A stretch of DNA of 64,000 nucleotides from Octopus sinensis (Eukaryota), in contig NC_043001.1 of assembly GCF_006345805.1 (NCBI RefSeq), forward strand, positions 134,416,001 to 134,480,000. Direction: 5' to 3'. Positions 45,143 to 61,580 of the stretch are shown here, piece after piece. Position 1 is the stretch's first letter. The number at the start of each line of letters is the position of its first letter. The notes below the pieces were generated by a model, which saw only the letters and a list, made by a program, of their open reading frames with translations, had not been told where the DNA came from and searched no databases. A program made the translations under genes and the position numbers.

Positions 45143-45445
45143 GTCCAAGGTTCAGTAGTTAGAGCGCCAGACTGACAATCATGAGGTGAGTTCAATTCCT
45201 GGACCAGGCAATATGTTGCATTCTTGAGCAAAACTACAGTTCTTCAGCTGCAGAAATGAGTTGCAACATCACTAGTGCCAAGCTGTATTGGCCTTTGCCT
45301 TTTCTTTGGATAACATCAGTGGCAGGAAGGCTGGTTTGCATGGGTGACTGCTGGTCTTCCAGAAACGAACTTTCCTGGACTTGTGCCTAGGAGGGGAATT
45401 TCCTAGGAGCAATCCTATGATCATTCATGACTGAAGGAGCTCTTA
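45143..45445 (+). mobile_element. old tRNA-headed SINE (different family), degraded
   Basis: GGTTCAGTAGTTAGAGCG...GAGTTCAATTCC A/B-box-like head. Confidence 0.5.
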
Positions 45446-45797
45446 TTATCCAAAGCTCATTGCCTCAGAGTTCTTAGTTCAAATCATGCTAAAATTTGGG
45501 AAAGGGACAACACTGATAGTTCGGAACCTCTTTATCATCCATACTAATTTACAAATAGACTTCAAATTCCCGTAGCTGCCAGACCAGTTTCCACAGTTTA
45601 TTGTACAGTATTAAAAAACTTTGAAACCCATGGTTCAGAAAGATCAGCAATCCAGAAGGGCCTTGGAATCAAAGGTTCCAGAAAACCATTGTATCTCTAT
45701 TCCTTTATACCACAAAGATTTTTAAAAAATGTAAAACATGACATCATTGAGGATTCATTCCTCCCTTAAACTAAAATGAGCTGAAAATCTTTTATTA

Positions 45798-46375
45798 TAA
45801 TAATAATAATAATTGTGTACAGTGCTCAGGTGCACTACAACTCATCTAAAGTGTATATATAATCAGGTGTAGTTTCGGCGGATTTCGGAAAGTATGAGGG
45901 CCTTAAAGGATGCAGTGTCATGGCAGTCAACAACTGACGCAGGCAGTTTGTTCCATGCTTCAGCAACTCTGAGCGTGAAAAAATGTTTCCGAAAGTCATG
46001 AGAGCTGTGTTGTTTTCTGACTTTGTAGGCATGTCCACGTGTGTTAGACACATGGAGATCAAAAAGGTGTTCAGTGTTGTTGTTGGTGAGGTGGTTGATA
46101 ACTTTGTGGGTGTTTACCAAGTCCGGAGCTTCAGTGAATCCATGCCCAGGGAAACAAGGTGCTCAGAATATGGTAGGTGTCTGATGGAGGGTATGCGTTT
46201 GGTTGCACGTCTCTGGACAGATTCCAGGAGGTCAATGTTCTGAGCAAGATAGGGGTTCCAAACTGATGATGCGAATTCCAAGTGTGGTCATACCATAGCT
46301 GTATACAATTTTAAATAGATGGCTGGAGAGCGGCTAACAAAAGTCTTGCTGAGTGATGCCAAGACACCCTCGGCC
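45798..46375 (-). mobile_element. CR1/L2-type LINE 3' fragment, longer copy
   Basis: PHLEFASSVWNPYLAQNIDLLESVQRRATKRIP...; shares its 3' ~370 bp with 10915-11283. Confidence 0.9.
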
Positions 46376-46600
46376 TTCTTGAAAAGACAAAATTATGTCT
46401 ATTTTTAGGAGAGGAGCAAAATTTGTTGAAAGAGAAATAGTGTGACAAAGCTAGAGAGATGTGTTGCCACTATAGTCTCTCCATTACATCAACTAGAGAG
46501 GGACAAGAAAAAGTTGTTGAGAAAGAAATGGAGAGAGAGAGAGAGTGTATGTGAAGAGACAGTGTTCTCACCATCATAACGAACAAGTTTTGAAAGATAT

Positions 46601-46979
46601 ACTCTTTTACTTGTTTCAGTCATTTGACTGCGGCCATGCTGGAGCACCGCCTTTAGTCGAGCAAATCGACCCCGGGACTTATTCTTTGTAAGCCCAGTAC
46701 TTATTCTATCGGTCTCTTTTGCCGAACCGCTAAGTAACGGGGACATAAACACACCAGCATCGGTTGTCAAGCAACGCTAGAGGGACAAACACACACACAT
46801 ATACATACATATATACGAAGGGCTTCTTTCAGTTTCCATCTACCAAATCCACATACAAGGCTTTGGTCGGCCCGAGGCTATAGTAGAAGACACTTGCCCA
46901 AGGTGCCACACAGTGGGACTGAACCCGGAACCATGTGCTTGGTTAGCAAGCTACTTACCGCACAGCCACTCCTGCGCCT
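46601..46979 (-). mobile_element. SINE family C, full length
   Basis: Near-identical to 44615-45012. Confidence 0.9.
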
Positions 46980-47476
46980 ATATATAGTTATTTTTTGTGG
47001 TTGTTTGTGTCTTTCAACATATAGAAAACACAATACAGACTTTAAAAAAAATTTTCACTTTGAATACAAGAAGGAAAGGAGAAAAGCTTGTTTTGAGAGA
47101 GAGGGAATGTGTGTACAAAGGATAGGTATTGTTACCATAGTAACTAACAAGTTTTGATTTAAAACAGAGAAATTTTAAGTGCAAGTCTGTCAGCATTTTT
47201 AATAAATGTTCAACAATATTCAAACTGTTATTAATTAATGTTCACCAAGAAAGTCAATCTAAACATTATATGCACAATTTATGAAGGTATGTGCACGTGA
47301 TTTAGGAATATTTTTACCTGACAGCATAGTGGCAGTTAGTGAACTAGTAATTCTATAACGGCTGAAACTAGAACTAAAAGCTTAGACGTTGTTTCATACC
47401 TCTTGATTGTAAGCTGAAATCATGTGGCAATCAATGTTGCCTTTTGTTCAAAGATGCAATACAATTTGTACCGTGT

Positions 47477-47799
47477 GGAGGCGCAATGGCCCAGTGGTTA
47501 GGACAGCAGACTCGCGGCTTCGATTCCCAGACCAGGCGTTGTGAGTGTTTATTGAGCAAAAACACCTAAAGCTCCACAAGGCTCCGGCAGGTCTGGTGGT
47601 GATCCCTGCTGTTCTCTTTCACCACAACTTTCTCTCACTCTTACATCCTGTTTCTGTTGTACCTGTATTTCAAAGGGCCAGCTTTGTCACTCTCTGTGGA
47701 GTGCTCAGCCACTTACACGGTAATTTCACGAGCAGGCTGTTCCGTTGATTCGGATCAACCGGAACCCTCATCGTCGTAACCGACGGAGTGCTTCCATCC
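47477..47799 (+). mobile_element. tRNA-derived SINE family A
   Basis: 12-bp TSD ACAATTTGTACC (47461-47472, 47800-47811). Confidence 0.92.
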
Positions 47800-48304
47800 A
47801 CAATTTGTACCAGTAATATGATGAGGTAGTTCCAGATACCTATTTTGTGATTGGTTCCAAGTCAAATGTAGAAACCAATAAAATTCTACTGCTTGTTACA
47901 CCAAATATGAAATTTTTATTAAAAGTCTGGGATATCCTAACATGCTTTTGAATTTTCAAAATTATCAGTTATCTATTTTTTGCTTGTTTTTCAATATCTC
48001 TCTTCAATCCCTCCTATAAATCACCCATATTGCTACTTTCCCATCACGATGCCTGTGAAACAAGGGAGATAATCATCTGAGCCATTACTCTCTCTCCTCT
48101 CCTCTTACATTATATCCTGTATCTTTGTTCAATCCTCTATCAGCAAACATGGCCACCATCACTCTCTTCCATTACTCCTGCCTGACACTGTTTTCTGTCA
48201 CAGTCATAGTTTCTTGCACCTCTGGGCTCTGCTTATTTTTCCTGCATTAAACACAGTGAAGACTCTTAAGTGTTGACGAGAAGGTAGGGACACATAATGA
48301 CCTC

Positions 48305-48550
48305 TATAGTGGCACGTAAAAAGCACCATCCGACCGTGGCCATTTGCCAGACTTGTCTGGCATCTGTGCAGGTGGCACGTAAAAAGCACCCACTATACTC
48401 ATGGAGTGGTTGGCGTTAGGAAGGGCATCCAGCTGTAGAAACATTGTCAGATCAGACTGGGCCTGGTGCAGCCTTCTGGCTTCCCAGACCCCAGTTGAAC
48501 CGTCCAACCCATGCTAGCATGGAAAGCGGACGCTAAATGATGATGATAGT
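48305..48550 (+). mobile_element. RTE-tailed short element family D
   Basis: GGCACGTAAAAAGCACC units, GGAAGGGCATCCAGCTGTAGAAAC, (TGA)n tail. Confidence 0.85.
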
Positions 48551-49299
48551 ACTGTAAAATGCACATGGTATACAGTGTGAAGTGAATGGCAGTCGGAAGA
48601 GCATTCAATCATGGAAACCATGCAAAAACTGGAACTTATGAGCAGAATTGCTTCTCCAACCAGCAGTAACTCCAAATTGATTTGAATTTTGACCCATCCC
48701 ATCCTTGCTAATATGGAAATTGCCTACAAAATAATGTTTACAATTGTTTGTCTTTATTTTACTACAACCATGAAATAGTTGCCACTCACCCACCACTAAG
48801 TACCAAAGGCTTAGACATTCAATTTCACACCTTTTGACTGTAAGTTGAAATCTTGTGGCAATTAATGTTGCCTTTTGGCTTTTCCAAGATGCACGCTCAT
48901 ATATTCGTTCATCTAATTTTGTCTGACCGAAAACTCTTGGTTATAGCTCTAGTTAAGAATTCAAATGCCCAATTCTATCTCATTATTATCATCATTCTCT
49001 CACACCAGCAGCCTGAGTTTTTGCTGTTTTGAAGTGCGCCCGCCCTTCCCACCACCTGTACCAGAAATCTCTATCCTCTGACCTCTATCGGATGTCTCTC
49101 CCATGAACACCCCCAAAGGTTTAATGTTCCCCCATCCCTACTTAGGGTTTATCTCCTATGTAATGTAGTGATTATGTAGCACATGAAAATGGTGCAGTGT
49201 ATGCAGGTCGAAGGCTCTTGTATGTTTGAGTTCTGCCAAATGTGAGCTTTTTCTTCAGGTACATGATGCTGCTGTCCCCCATCCAAGGATCTCATTGGC

Positions 49300-50600
49300 C
49301 CCCACCTCCCAGACCCTCAGGGTTGGCACACTGAAAGGTATGTCTGGTGATACAATTCCCTGCTACCACCATTCTTCCATGCCTGTTTCTTTTCCCTAAT
49401 GGCCCTGTCAACTACATTGTTCCACCACATTATCTTGGGCCGAGAGAGGACTTTCCACCATCCACAGATCTGGTCAGTAGCCCTGTAGAAACCTCCAGTT
49501 GTCTTCCACATCATGTGATGCTATATCCCTCTCTATTTCGTCAAAAGCTTTGAGTAATACATCTTTAAATATGTCCATTCGCAGGATCCTTAAGCTTCCA
49601 GACCTTTCTCATCCATGCTGGTTGTCTTCTGCGCATCCATTTAGCCCTGATCCTGAAGTTACTAACTACTAATTTACGTTGTGGGGTGCATTCTTCACCT
49701 GGGAAGGTTTTGGCATCCATCTCATTTTCTGGCAAGGATGTAATCAATTTGACGAGTGTGTCCACCAGATCAGTAGATGAATAGGTGACTAGCAGGTTTC
49801 ATGAAGTTAGTATTACAAACCATCAGATCATTTGCATTGCAGAACTCCAGCAGTCTGGTTCCCCTCATTGTGGGAACCAAAACCATAGCCTCCATGTATG
49901 CCATGGAAGCCCCCTGCATGTTGTTCAACATGCCCATTGACGTTGCAAGCCACAAACAAAAGGTCCCTGTCATTCGTTGATGAGATAGTCTGCAAGAGGG
50001 TGTCAAAATCAGTCTTTCTGTTCATTAGGTAGTCCCAACTGAGGTGCATAGGCTGAGATAATGGTTGCTAACCCATGTTGCAGCACTAATCTAATCTTAA
50101 GTATTCTATCACAGACTGCCTCAATTACCTTATCAACCCATTTCTCTGCCAGAAGTACACCCACACCATTAGTATTCCCTGTCCAGAAATTCTTATACCT
50201 ATGTCCTTTACCTGTGAGGAACCTTACATCTTGGATGCAGCACAAATCTACACATCTCCATTCAAGCATCTCAACAATCTCACCATACTGGACCTGCAGT
50301 CAGTGCCACTTCAGCTCTGATGCAGCCTCACACCTCGACAACCAGCTATCTACGGAGGACTTTGCTGCAGCCCTCCAGGTTTTATCTAAATCAAAGCTTG
50401 TTGAACGGATCAACAAGGGAGCTCGAAATAGCTTTGCTCGCATGCTCTCCAGCTTGTTGAAAAACATGTTTATCCAACAATGCGTTCGACTGGCAGAAAC
50501 TGTTTCTGTTCCTCTGCATGCACAATGTGAAATCGAACTCCCTTACATCCTCACTCAAGTGACAGTTCCAGCTATTTGAGTCCATTTCTCAACTCAGTTT
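49300..50600 (-). mobile_element. degraded RTE-type LINE 5' part (endonuclease region)
   Basis: VDLCCIQDVR, NGVGVLLAEKWVDKV, IISAYAPQLG, GFGSHNE..G..LLEFC. Confidence 0.8.
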
Positions 50601-50639
50601 GACATTGAGCACGGTGCCTACTGACAGGCAACCAATAAA

Positions 50640-51280
50640 CCTTAAGTGCACAGTCGATGCTAAATTCAGTAAATTCGACAAAAGGGGCTGTCCGTCTCCT
50701 CTCTTACTCCATGTGACTGAGTCTATGACACCTGAAAGAGAAGCACCCACTGGCATTCCCTGATAATCAACTAAACTGGCCTGATCCCCCAGAATACTCG
50801 AGACCAGCCTTCACCTCTGACAACATCAGAAAGGCAATTTCATCCTCCCCTGCTGGTTCAGGTGCAGGAATTGATGACCTTCAGCCTCAACACCTCAAGG
50901 ATGGTATCTCTTTATCGGCCAGTGACCAGCTCTCTTCAGCAAACATCTTCCCTTATATCAGCCCACTATTCTTCAGTGCAAAAGTATTTTGGCTCACAAA
51001 ACCCAATGGAGACCTGCACCCCATGCCATCTCACTGCAAAGGTGTGCTTACAATTGGTCTAGTTTATTCCACCTAGGAGTGGGTACCAAATTGGGATGTG
51101 AAGTTGCTGCCCATGCTACCAGAACCTATGCCAACTTGCCCTCCCTGTCACCCAAGGTCATCCTCAAACTTGACTTTCAGAATGCCTTCAACTCCAATGC
51201 TGTCCTCAGCTCAGTAAGAGAGGAAGTCCCACAACTCTACCGCCTGGCATGGCAGGCTTATTTAAGGATGACCTGTCAGG
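50640..51280 (+). mobile_element. CRE/RLE-type non-LTR retrotransposon RT fragment
   Basis: Across frameshifts: KGAVRLLS, LKEKHP, SPAGSGAGIDDLQPQHLKD, KPNGDLHP, LGVGTKLGCEVAAHA, ILKLDFQNAFNS. Confidence 0.72.
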
Positions 51281-52246
51281 TCTTGTTTTGTCAAGTTTGC
51301 CAAAACATCTTGACCATTCTTTAAGGCAACTTTAAACATTGATCAACTGTCCAAATCAATGTAAATAGCTTCTCAAATATTTGTCTAACACAAACCAAAG
51401 CAGATAACCATTATTAATATCCCACTTTTTAGAATAGGTACACAGTAGGTCTGCACCATTGTTAGAGGCAAATAAAAGGACTGGTGCCAGCAAGAGCATC
51501 CAGCTATAAAACACTGCACGAAAACTCCCAACCAACCCCTGCCAGCATGGAAAAACACTGAATCAGAGGCAGGTGATCATTTCAAATTTATATAATAGTT
51601 TTTCATAAACTGAAATGCAAACCTTTCTCTTAATTATGTAAACCTATCATTTCAGGCTCAACATTTAGACTCATCCAATGTAATTTTCATTGTTATATTA
51701 CTTCCTTTGTCCTTTAGTCAGAGCAATCACATATGAACACATTTAGAGGGTAGGTTATGTATTTCATCAGACATGTAGGAGGAGGGTTAAGAATTATCTA
51801 CAATAGCCTAGTTAACTGACACACAGTATTCAACTTATGCTATCATACCATGATAAAAATCCTAAAGTCATCACTATTGATTCACAGTTGGCCATAAAGA
51901 GGCCATATCACTGTGTTCAAAGAAAAAAATTTTTTAAAAGTAATAAATTTTTTTTTTAAACCCTTCCACTTTTCAATAATTTTGGTTCAATCTAGAAATA
52001 GAAGATTCAATTTCCACAGTCTTGACTACTCTCAATACACTCAGCATCTAGTCATAGAAATCAAGCTATAATGAAATGATTACAAGAAGTGGTACCTGAC
52101 ACATCTAGTGGGGCAGTAACCCTGAATAAGAACCAATAGACTAATGACTTGGTCAGTTATTGCCATGACAATATATTTATGCAAATGAAATTTTATGAAG
52201 AAAAAAGAAAAAACTATTTACAAGATAAAATATAATTTACAAGATT

Positions 52247-52252
52247 TTTATT
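52247..52252 (-). promoter_or_regulatory. probable polyadenylation signal of beta-tubulin
   Basis: AATAAA on the minus strand ~180 nt after the stop, followed by U-rich sequence. Confidence 0.6.
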
Positions 52253-52430
52253 CAACACTTTACATTAGTCAAGGTAACCTCGAGAACACTTGAGTTTTGG
52301 CGACCAACAGTTTTTTTTTCTTCTTCATGAATAGAGGTGGAAAAGAAAACCAATCATGGAGATTAGGAGAGGGGGTTTCGAAATGGAATGTCAAAAAATA
52401 AAAGAAGAAATAAAAGCGAATAGATGTCAT

Positions 52431-56102
<3,672 letters not shown>

Positions 56103-58649
56103 CTAGACAAATTAAAAATAAAATAGATAAATTAAAAATAAAATAGATTTACATTGCGTATGGTTAAAAATAAAAGGTCTTCACAAAAGTTAAACTTTTG
56201 AACAGTTTTATACACACACATGCCCCCCTCCACCCATCTGTCTATCATGTTTCTTCTATTGTCCTTGCCTTTATCACTTATCAATCATGGTCCATCCTCC
56301 TCATTCTCACTGTACAATGCTGTCAGACAAACTCAAGGACAACGTGTTTGACATACTGCACATTAGAGAGATTTTAATATCTGCATTTATCTCATATTCC
56401 TGCCATTGGGTATTAAGTATCGACATTGATTATTCACTTTTACTCTTATGAGCTCATGGCAATGCCACAAAATGCACCTAATTCACTCAGCTAAATGCAG
56501 GGTTGTAACAATCTTTTAGTCTTGACTTCCTGTAGCATTAGTGAAGAGGGAAAAAAAAATCTTGCTAAGGACATCTAGCAATGGAAATCTAGCCAAAAAG
56601 GAAACAAAGAAAAATGTCCTCCAACCCATACCAGCATGGAAAACTGAAGTGATTTCACTGATACTCAGGTAGATACTATCAAACTGATATTGAAAAATTT
56701 GCAATGGAAATTATATTCGCAATTAAAAAACTAAAATCTCCCTCTATGTGAACTTGCTATACACACAAGCATATTAAATATATATGTGTACGGCACCACA
56801 TAAAAAACACCCATTACATTTTGTAAAGTGGTTGGCATTACGAAGGCCATCCAGCCATAAAAACCATGCCTAACAAATGGAACCTGGTGGAGCTCACCAG
56901 TTCCTGCCAAACTAATTCATGCTAGCATGGAAAACAAACGTTAAATGATGCAATACACTACAGTGAGTATTTAGTATAGAGAACACTCCTAAGCTATCGT
57001 CTTTCAGCTTTGTAGCCAATATTCATAACCAGTACCACTTTATTGCGTCTACTTCTGTAAACATTCTAAGCTCACTAATATCAAGCTGTATCCCTTCAAA
57101 ACCAGTTGAGGAGGGTAACCTTGCATACATGAGCAAGTGCTGGTTTTTACTTGAAAGGAAAAAAGAAAAAGCTGCCCAACAAAACATTCTTCAAGTGTAG
57201 ATTCATAGACTTGTAAAACTGGGATCCCAGCCAGATCTGTATATTCTAACAAAGGTATCTGTCCATATACAGGCATTTTATCAAAAGTAACACAAAATCT
57301 GAAAGAAAATTGGTTGGTATATGTCTAAATAACATGTACAGTTCATGCTAGTTGGTTCGTACCTGCATATAAAATCCTACATAATATAGTAAGGTATTTG
57401 GCCAGAAGTGGTGGTGATGTCAGGCAATTCTCTTATTTTGAGATTCCATGTCCACATTTCTTTGTTGGTCAAACAGGGAGTCATTTGAGAAAGACCTTCC
57501 AGCCATAACCACTCCAATTTTCTTACCTCAAAAACTATGCTGCATTGGCTCATACAAATATACATAAATTAAAAGTCGTAATTTGAGACTAAGCTATGTA
57601 CCATTGAGTCAATACATGGTGGCTCCATCACTGATTCATTCATAGTTTATGTATTATGCAATAATTAAAAACAAACATTATCAACATAGAAGCACATTCG
57701 TTTCCAGTCAAAAGCAGTGAAAGTGGACTGCTTCTAGGTCCCTTCACCCAGACAGATATCTAAGTTAATGCATAAGACAGGGTTTTTTGGGGGTTTTTTA
57801 AGGTAATTTAAAACGTTATGCTACTGTGTTTAATAAAATGAACACGACTTCTGATTTATTGTCAGTGTTGCAATGTACAATAAAAGGAGTCCAGAGTTAT
57901 AGCATTAAGAGGAACTATTAATCATGTGACATGCTTTTTAAAACCTTCTAAACAAAAGGGCAGTTATTGTTTTCGTTTTCAAACTGCAGTTGTCATCCTA
58001 CTGCTCATCAATCTGTCCCTGCTATATATATATATTTTTTTCATGTCATGTCTCGCTTTCACTGTTTACCACTGTTCCAAAGACGAGAGATTAACTCTTT
58101 ACAATAGTTGTCACTAGGTTCTAAATAGCATGTAACTACAATTCAAAAAGTTATTTTCTGTAAAAAAAGAAAGTCAGGCAATCTTGTGAGAAAAAGTTAA
58201 GCTTAATTTTAAAAAGAATTTACAGAGGATGAAGGGAATTGAGTTTAATACTCTAACAATTCTGCCAATCCACTATTCTATTGTCCAAGGTAACTTTGAC
58301 AGGAATTGAAGAGTGCCACTAGATCAAATACAAATATTTCGTTCTACACTAACAACTTAACCAAAGCAAGTGACCTATATAGACGTACCATTGTTGGCTA
58401 GTGTTTTGCTTTTTACACTTTCATGTTAAGCCCTTCTAAAACAGCTTACATTTAAAACCTTTTCAAGTATGCTCAGAAGTTTTGTGTGTGTGCTTAAGCT
58501 GTAGCAGCTCTTCTCTCAAATGCTTAGGATACTGGAGGTTTTTAGAATAATGATTAGCAAGCACCATATCTTGCCTAGCATAAAACAATTCTGACAATTT
58601 CTTGCCATACACGAGGCTTTCAAATTTTTGGCACAAGACCCAACTAATT

Positions 58650-58812
58650 CAAGGGAGGAGGTTCAATTACATAAACCTCTGTACTTGGCTGGAACTTATT
58701 TCATCAATCCTGAAAGGATGAGCTCGGCAGGATTTCAACTGGATGTAAAAGCCAGAAGAAATGGTAAGCATTTTGTTCGGTGTGCAAACAATTCTGCTAA
58801 CTTGCCACCTTC
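58650..58812 (-). mobile_element. SINE family B, degraded
   Basis: Reverse complement resembles GGCGGCGAGCTGGCAGAA...CATCCTTTC. Confidence 0.6.
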
Positions 58813-58849
58813 GTTATAAGAATAGTTTCTAATTTAGGCATAAGGCCAA

Positions 58850-59107
58850 CAGTTGAAGTCGTTGTCATGGCAGATGCCAGTGCCACTTGACTGGCCCCCG
58901 TGCCACGTAAAAAGCACCATTCAAACGTGGTCGATGCCAGTGCCGATGGCACGTAAGAAGCACCCGCTACACTCTTGGAGTGGTTGGCGTTAGGAAGGAA
59001 CCTTGCCAGGTCAGATTGGAGCCCGGTTACAGCCTTCTGGCTTGCCAGTCCTGTCAAACTGTCCAACACATGCCAACATGGAAAGCGTAAGTTAAATTAT
59101 GATTATA
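58850..59107 (+). mobile_element. RTE-tailed short element family D
   Basis: GCCACGTAAAAAGCACC units and GGAGTGGTTGGCGTTAGGAAGG. Confidence 0.78.
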
Positions 59108-59159
59108 TCAACCCTAGTAGGATGAACGATGGAACAGGAACAAATACCACAAGGCATTT

Positions 59160-59600
59160 CCCCCTTATTGAGGGGCCCTTTGTTACTTCCACTGGCAAGA
59201 AAGGGCCTCTCAGAGTGAAATGCAGATTGTATGACGCCTGTGTGCGAACAGCTATGCTACATGGCAGTGAAACATGAGCTGTGACAGCCAAGGACAGCTG
59301 TGTAAAGTCCCAGTCTCTAACCGTGAAAGAAACCCGAGGTAGAGGTAGATCCAGGAAGACATACAACAAAATAGTGAAATATGTTCTTCGAACTGAGTCA
59401 CACAGAGGCAATGGATTATGACCGAGACCGGTACTACTTAAGAAGAGCGGTTCCGGTGCGCGCACTCGCGCAAGCTAGTCGTGACTAGTCGATCCTACAA
59501 CGACTACCTAGCAAAGTAAATAAAACAACGCGAGTGGGCGCACCAGGACCACTCTTTTTAAGTAGTACCAACTTAACTTGAAGCGATGCTTGTATAAAAA
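59160..59600 (+). mobile_element. RTE-type LINE C-terminal fragment, interrupted by a palindromic insert
   Basis: LRVKCRLYDACVRTAMLHGSET*AVT and RGRGRSRKT motifs. Confidence 0.75.
59430..59569. mobile_element. 140-bp CpG-rich palindromic MITE-like insert
   Basis: 41-bp inverted arms (5 mismatches) at 59430-59470 and 59529-59569. Confidence 0.8.
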
Positions 59601-59676
59601 AAATAAAACAATCGGCAGCAGCAGCAATAGTAGAGATGACTAGATTGCTAATTGATCAATGCATGGTGTGTGTATA

Positions 59677-60378
59677 CCAGGGGGTACAGAAATGTAACCG
59701 GAAACGTACTCAATGAGACAAACCCGTGGTAGTTCAAGTTTCCACTTGATGCGACCTCCAAAGCAAAAATCTGCCAATCGGTGTCGGCGGGTGACGTCAC
59801 AACTGCCACGTACTGAGCTTTCGTTTTGCAGTGCTTCTCCCCGTTTGTCGATTTTTGCGATTACTGAAACGAAGGAACGGCGTGCTTCCGTGAATTGTTT
59901 TCTGATGGGGGGGGGGGGAACGGAAGCCGAAAAACAAGATATGCTTCAAACAGCTTACAGAGACGTTGCCTGGTTTCCACGCTTTAGAAATGATCACTTG
60001 TCACTTAAGACGAAAACATGAACATTCAGGAACTAATCTTGGCGGACTGTCACCGACCAACTGACTAAATATGACTGGTGTGTCCTGGAGCTCCTGCCAA
60101 CGAATTCTGAGCGAGGAATTGCGAATGAAAAGAGTTGCAAAATTCGTGCCTCGCTTGCTCACAGAAGACAAGAAACAGTCATGACTGAATGTGTGTTGTG
60201 AACTGAAAGAACAGTTAGTAGTTGATTCGGACCCCCTTTCGAAGGTCATCACTGGTGACGAAAGCCGTTGCTACGGAATTTGCAGATGTGGAAGCAGTGA
60301 ACAATAAAACGATGGAGGCGTTAAAAGGCATCACTTCGCAAAAGTTCCAGCACTGCTTCAAATGGAGAATGCTTTGAA
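59677..60378 (+). mobile_element. internally deleted mariner transposon
   Basis: TA|CCAGGGGGTACAG start; RASVNCF, MLQTAY, WFPRF, MKRV.KFVPRLLTED, KVITGDES, FADVEAV and ASNGE remnants. Confidence 0.85.
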
Positions 60379-60399
60379 CAAGTTAGCAGGTATATATAA

Positions 60400-60886
60400 G
60401 GACAACAAAAACTAAGGCCGGATAGGTATCTCTCAAGTCATTTAGAAGTTTTACAGCTGTTTGAGATATCCCAAGGGATAGGCTAGAGTGTCCCTACACT
60501 GGGTATACCGTCAGAGGCGAAGTGAGTACGTATGAAAGTTCTAGACAGAAAATTCAGTCCATAAAAGAAGGTAGTAGATAGAATAAAGTTTGCAGCTCAG
60601 AGGGTATGGGGGTTGGGCCGTACTAAGTACCTATACCTTCACGGAAGTACGTACCATTCTATCCACTGCTTTATTCTTCTATCTATTTTATTCATTATAA
60701 ACTGAATTTCTCAGTCTAGAACTGTCACATATCTTGTCTACGATGACGGAATGCCCAGTTTAGAGACATGCTAACCTATCACTTGGGATATCCCAGAAAC
60801 GGCTGTAGGACTTCAAATTCACATTACCCTAATTAAATTATTCTAAATGACTTGAGATACACGTCCTGCCTTGGTCTTTGTTGTCC
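60400..60886. repeat. fold-back with ~200-bp diverged inverted arms carrying hammerhead-like remnants
   Basis: 60400-60595 aligns to the reverse complement of 60666-60886 (roughly 75-80% by eye, one ~29-bp indel). Confidence 0.85.
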
Positions 60887-61269
60887 AATCACTTACAAAA
60901 TCTACAGTCCAATGTGAAGGGCATATTCTACTAGAGTTGTAGCTTTTCTCTCTAATAATAAACAGCATTTTCAATGTCCAGTGATATGGAACAAATACCG
61001 GCCCTAACGATCTATTTCCAATGCCCCAATGCTGAAATTGTTAGGCATAGTGAGTCCTTGCATTATCATACTGGAGAATATAGAGCCGTTTATTGAAGCT
61101 GGTCACATTCAATATAATCATTTACTCAATCGAGTTGGGGACTAACACCATCTGCAGTAATTATCATTCGTCTCAGTACCTCATTAATAGACAGAACTTT
61201 GTATTTCAGACATAGCAAGGACTTCTGTGAATGAAATCCTGCAATAGGTGTGAACATCAGTTTTTCATT

Positions 61270-61580
61270 TATTCTTTTATTTGTTTCAATCATTTGATTG
61301 CGGTCATCCTGGAGCATCACCTTAAAATGTTTTAGTTGAAGAAATCGCACCCAGGACTTGTTCTTTGTAAGCCTAGTACTTATTCTATCGACCCTTCCCA
61401 AACCGCTAAGTTACGAAGACAAACACACCAGAATGGTTGTCAAACGATGGTGGGGAGTGGGAACAAAAGTTTCCGTGAACCAAATCCACTCACAAGGCTT
61501 TGGTCGGCTCGAGGCTATAGTAGACACTTGCCCAAGGCGCCACCAGGTGGGGCTGAATCCAGAACCATGTGGCTTACCTA
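61270..61580 (-). mobile_element. SINE family C, degraded
   Basis: TGTTTCAATCATTTGATTGCGG...CCAAATCCACTCACAAGGCTTTGGTCGG homology. Confidence 0.78.

Noticed and set aside
47378-48893. ~80-bp direct repeats (47378-47458, 48806-48893) as possible LTRs; the minus strand has GAAAC..GTC like a hammerhead 3' half
   Set aside because: Only ~80% similar, no TG...CA ends or internal ORFs, and no CUGANGA core or helix I; probably an old dispersed repeat.
57049-57276. 75-aa minus-strand ORF with protein-like composition
   Set aside because: No recognisable family, no convincing splice sites, and short enough to arise by chance.
59400-60000. CpG-rich block with TGACGTCA (59792-59799) and CCAAT resembling a promoter or CpG island for tubulin
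   Set aside because: Fully explained by a young palindromic insert plus the 5' end of a mariner; no first exon is adjacent.
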